Assembly (NCBI GenBank): GCA_018664115.1
Contig: JABJOX010000055.1
Span: forward strand, 1 to 54,842
Source: Candidatus Woesearchaeota archaeon
Lineage (GTDB): Archaea; Nanobdellota; Nanobdellia; Woesearchaeales; GW2011-AR9
Length of the DNA: 54,842 nt
Reading direction: 5' to 3'
Part shown: in pieces, positions 54,437 to 54,842 of the stretch
How the letters are laid out: every line of letters begins with the position of its first letter
Position numbering within the stretch: the first letter of the stretch is position 1
Position numbers and translations under genes: made by a program
Notes under the pieces: model-generated
Told to the model about the DNA's origin: nothing
Databases searched by the model: none
The model's input: only the letters and a program-made list of their open reading frames with translations

Positions 54437-54790
54437 TTATATCTTTCTTCCTAAATCAAATGGACCAGTTTCTTCATGAGCTTTAATTGCTCGATCAACA
54501 CAATGATGTGGTTCTTGATAATCTCCAGGAATCCTATTAAGAGTAGCACTATTCAATTCAGGAACAATTGAACGAGGGATAACAGAAACTGGTTGCTCTG
54601 ATCCAATATTAAAATTTTTGTCTTTATAACAATCCGGACAATCATTACCAGTTAACGGAACATAATCAGTGTGATAAGTATCTCCACATTCTTGACAAGA
54701 ATATGCATTATCTTCAACTATATTCTGTTGAATGGTTACCATTGCGTCATCAAAATCTTCTAATATTTCAACTAAATCATTATTTACCAT
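54437..54790 (-). CDS. zinc-ribbon hypothetical protein
   Basis: CQEC...CPDC. Confidence 0.6.
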   Translation of the reverse strand: MVNNDLVEILEDFDDAMVTIQQNIVEDNAYSCQECGDTYHTDYVPLTGNDCPDCYKDKNFNIGSEQPVSVIPRSIVPELNSATLNRIPGDYQEPHHCVDRAIKAHEETGPFDLGRKI

Positions 54791-54842
54791 TGGAAAACTA
54801 AAAAAATATATGTTGTATATAAAAGTTATGGAAAATCTAGAA

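Overview
AT-rich archaeal chromosomal segment, most consistent with a DPANN (Woesearchaeota/Nanobdellota-like) genome. The evidence is archaeal uL11 with an AGGTGA SD, TATA/BRE-type promoters, PAC2, Hel308, TrmB and AbrB-PhoU proteins, and a BHB-intron tRNA; the taxonomy is inference. Left end (1-5.5 kb): the 5' end of rpl11, a PafA/Dop (Pup ligase/deamidase)-like carboxylate-amine ligase with a long low-complexity tail, a phosphoglycerate mutase and a PAC2 proteasome chaperone. From about 5.7 to 30.6 kb there is a defence/mobile island. It holds a catalytic-domain-only tyrosine recombinase, Bro-N, a HerA-like ATPase, two paralogous PD-(D/E)xK nucleases, a frameshifted GIY-YIG gene and RadC. 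It also holds a MORC ATPase-SF2 helicase-DUF4268 nuclease module co-oriented with a type I R-M operon, a translationally coupled operon headed by a CRISPR-less CARF-wHTH regulator, and a divergent operon with a degenerate MCM. Right half: surface proteins (collagen, Excalibur, Ig-like repeats, LamG), an N-terminally truncated Hel308, and tandem TrmB genes with an exact 22-bp repeat and an array of small orphan genes. Further right are transporters, a split bacterial FliA/WhiG-type sigma factor, tRNA-Ile(GAU) with two 19-nt introns, nucleotide salvage genes, RarA and a RelBE pair. The strongest candidates for new biology are the PafA/Dop-like ligase near PAC2, the MORC-helicase-nuclease module, the CARF-controlled switch with the degenerate MCM, and the split sigma factor. 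All family calls come from motif recognition by eye; no database searches were run.
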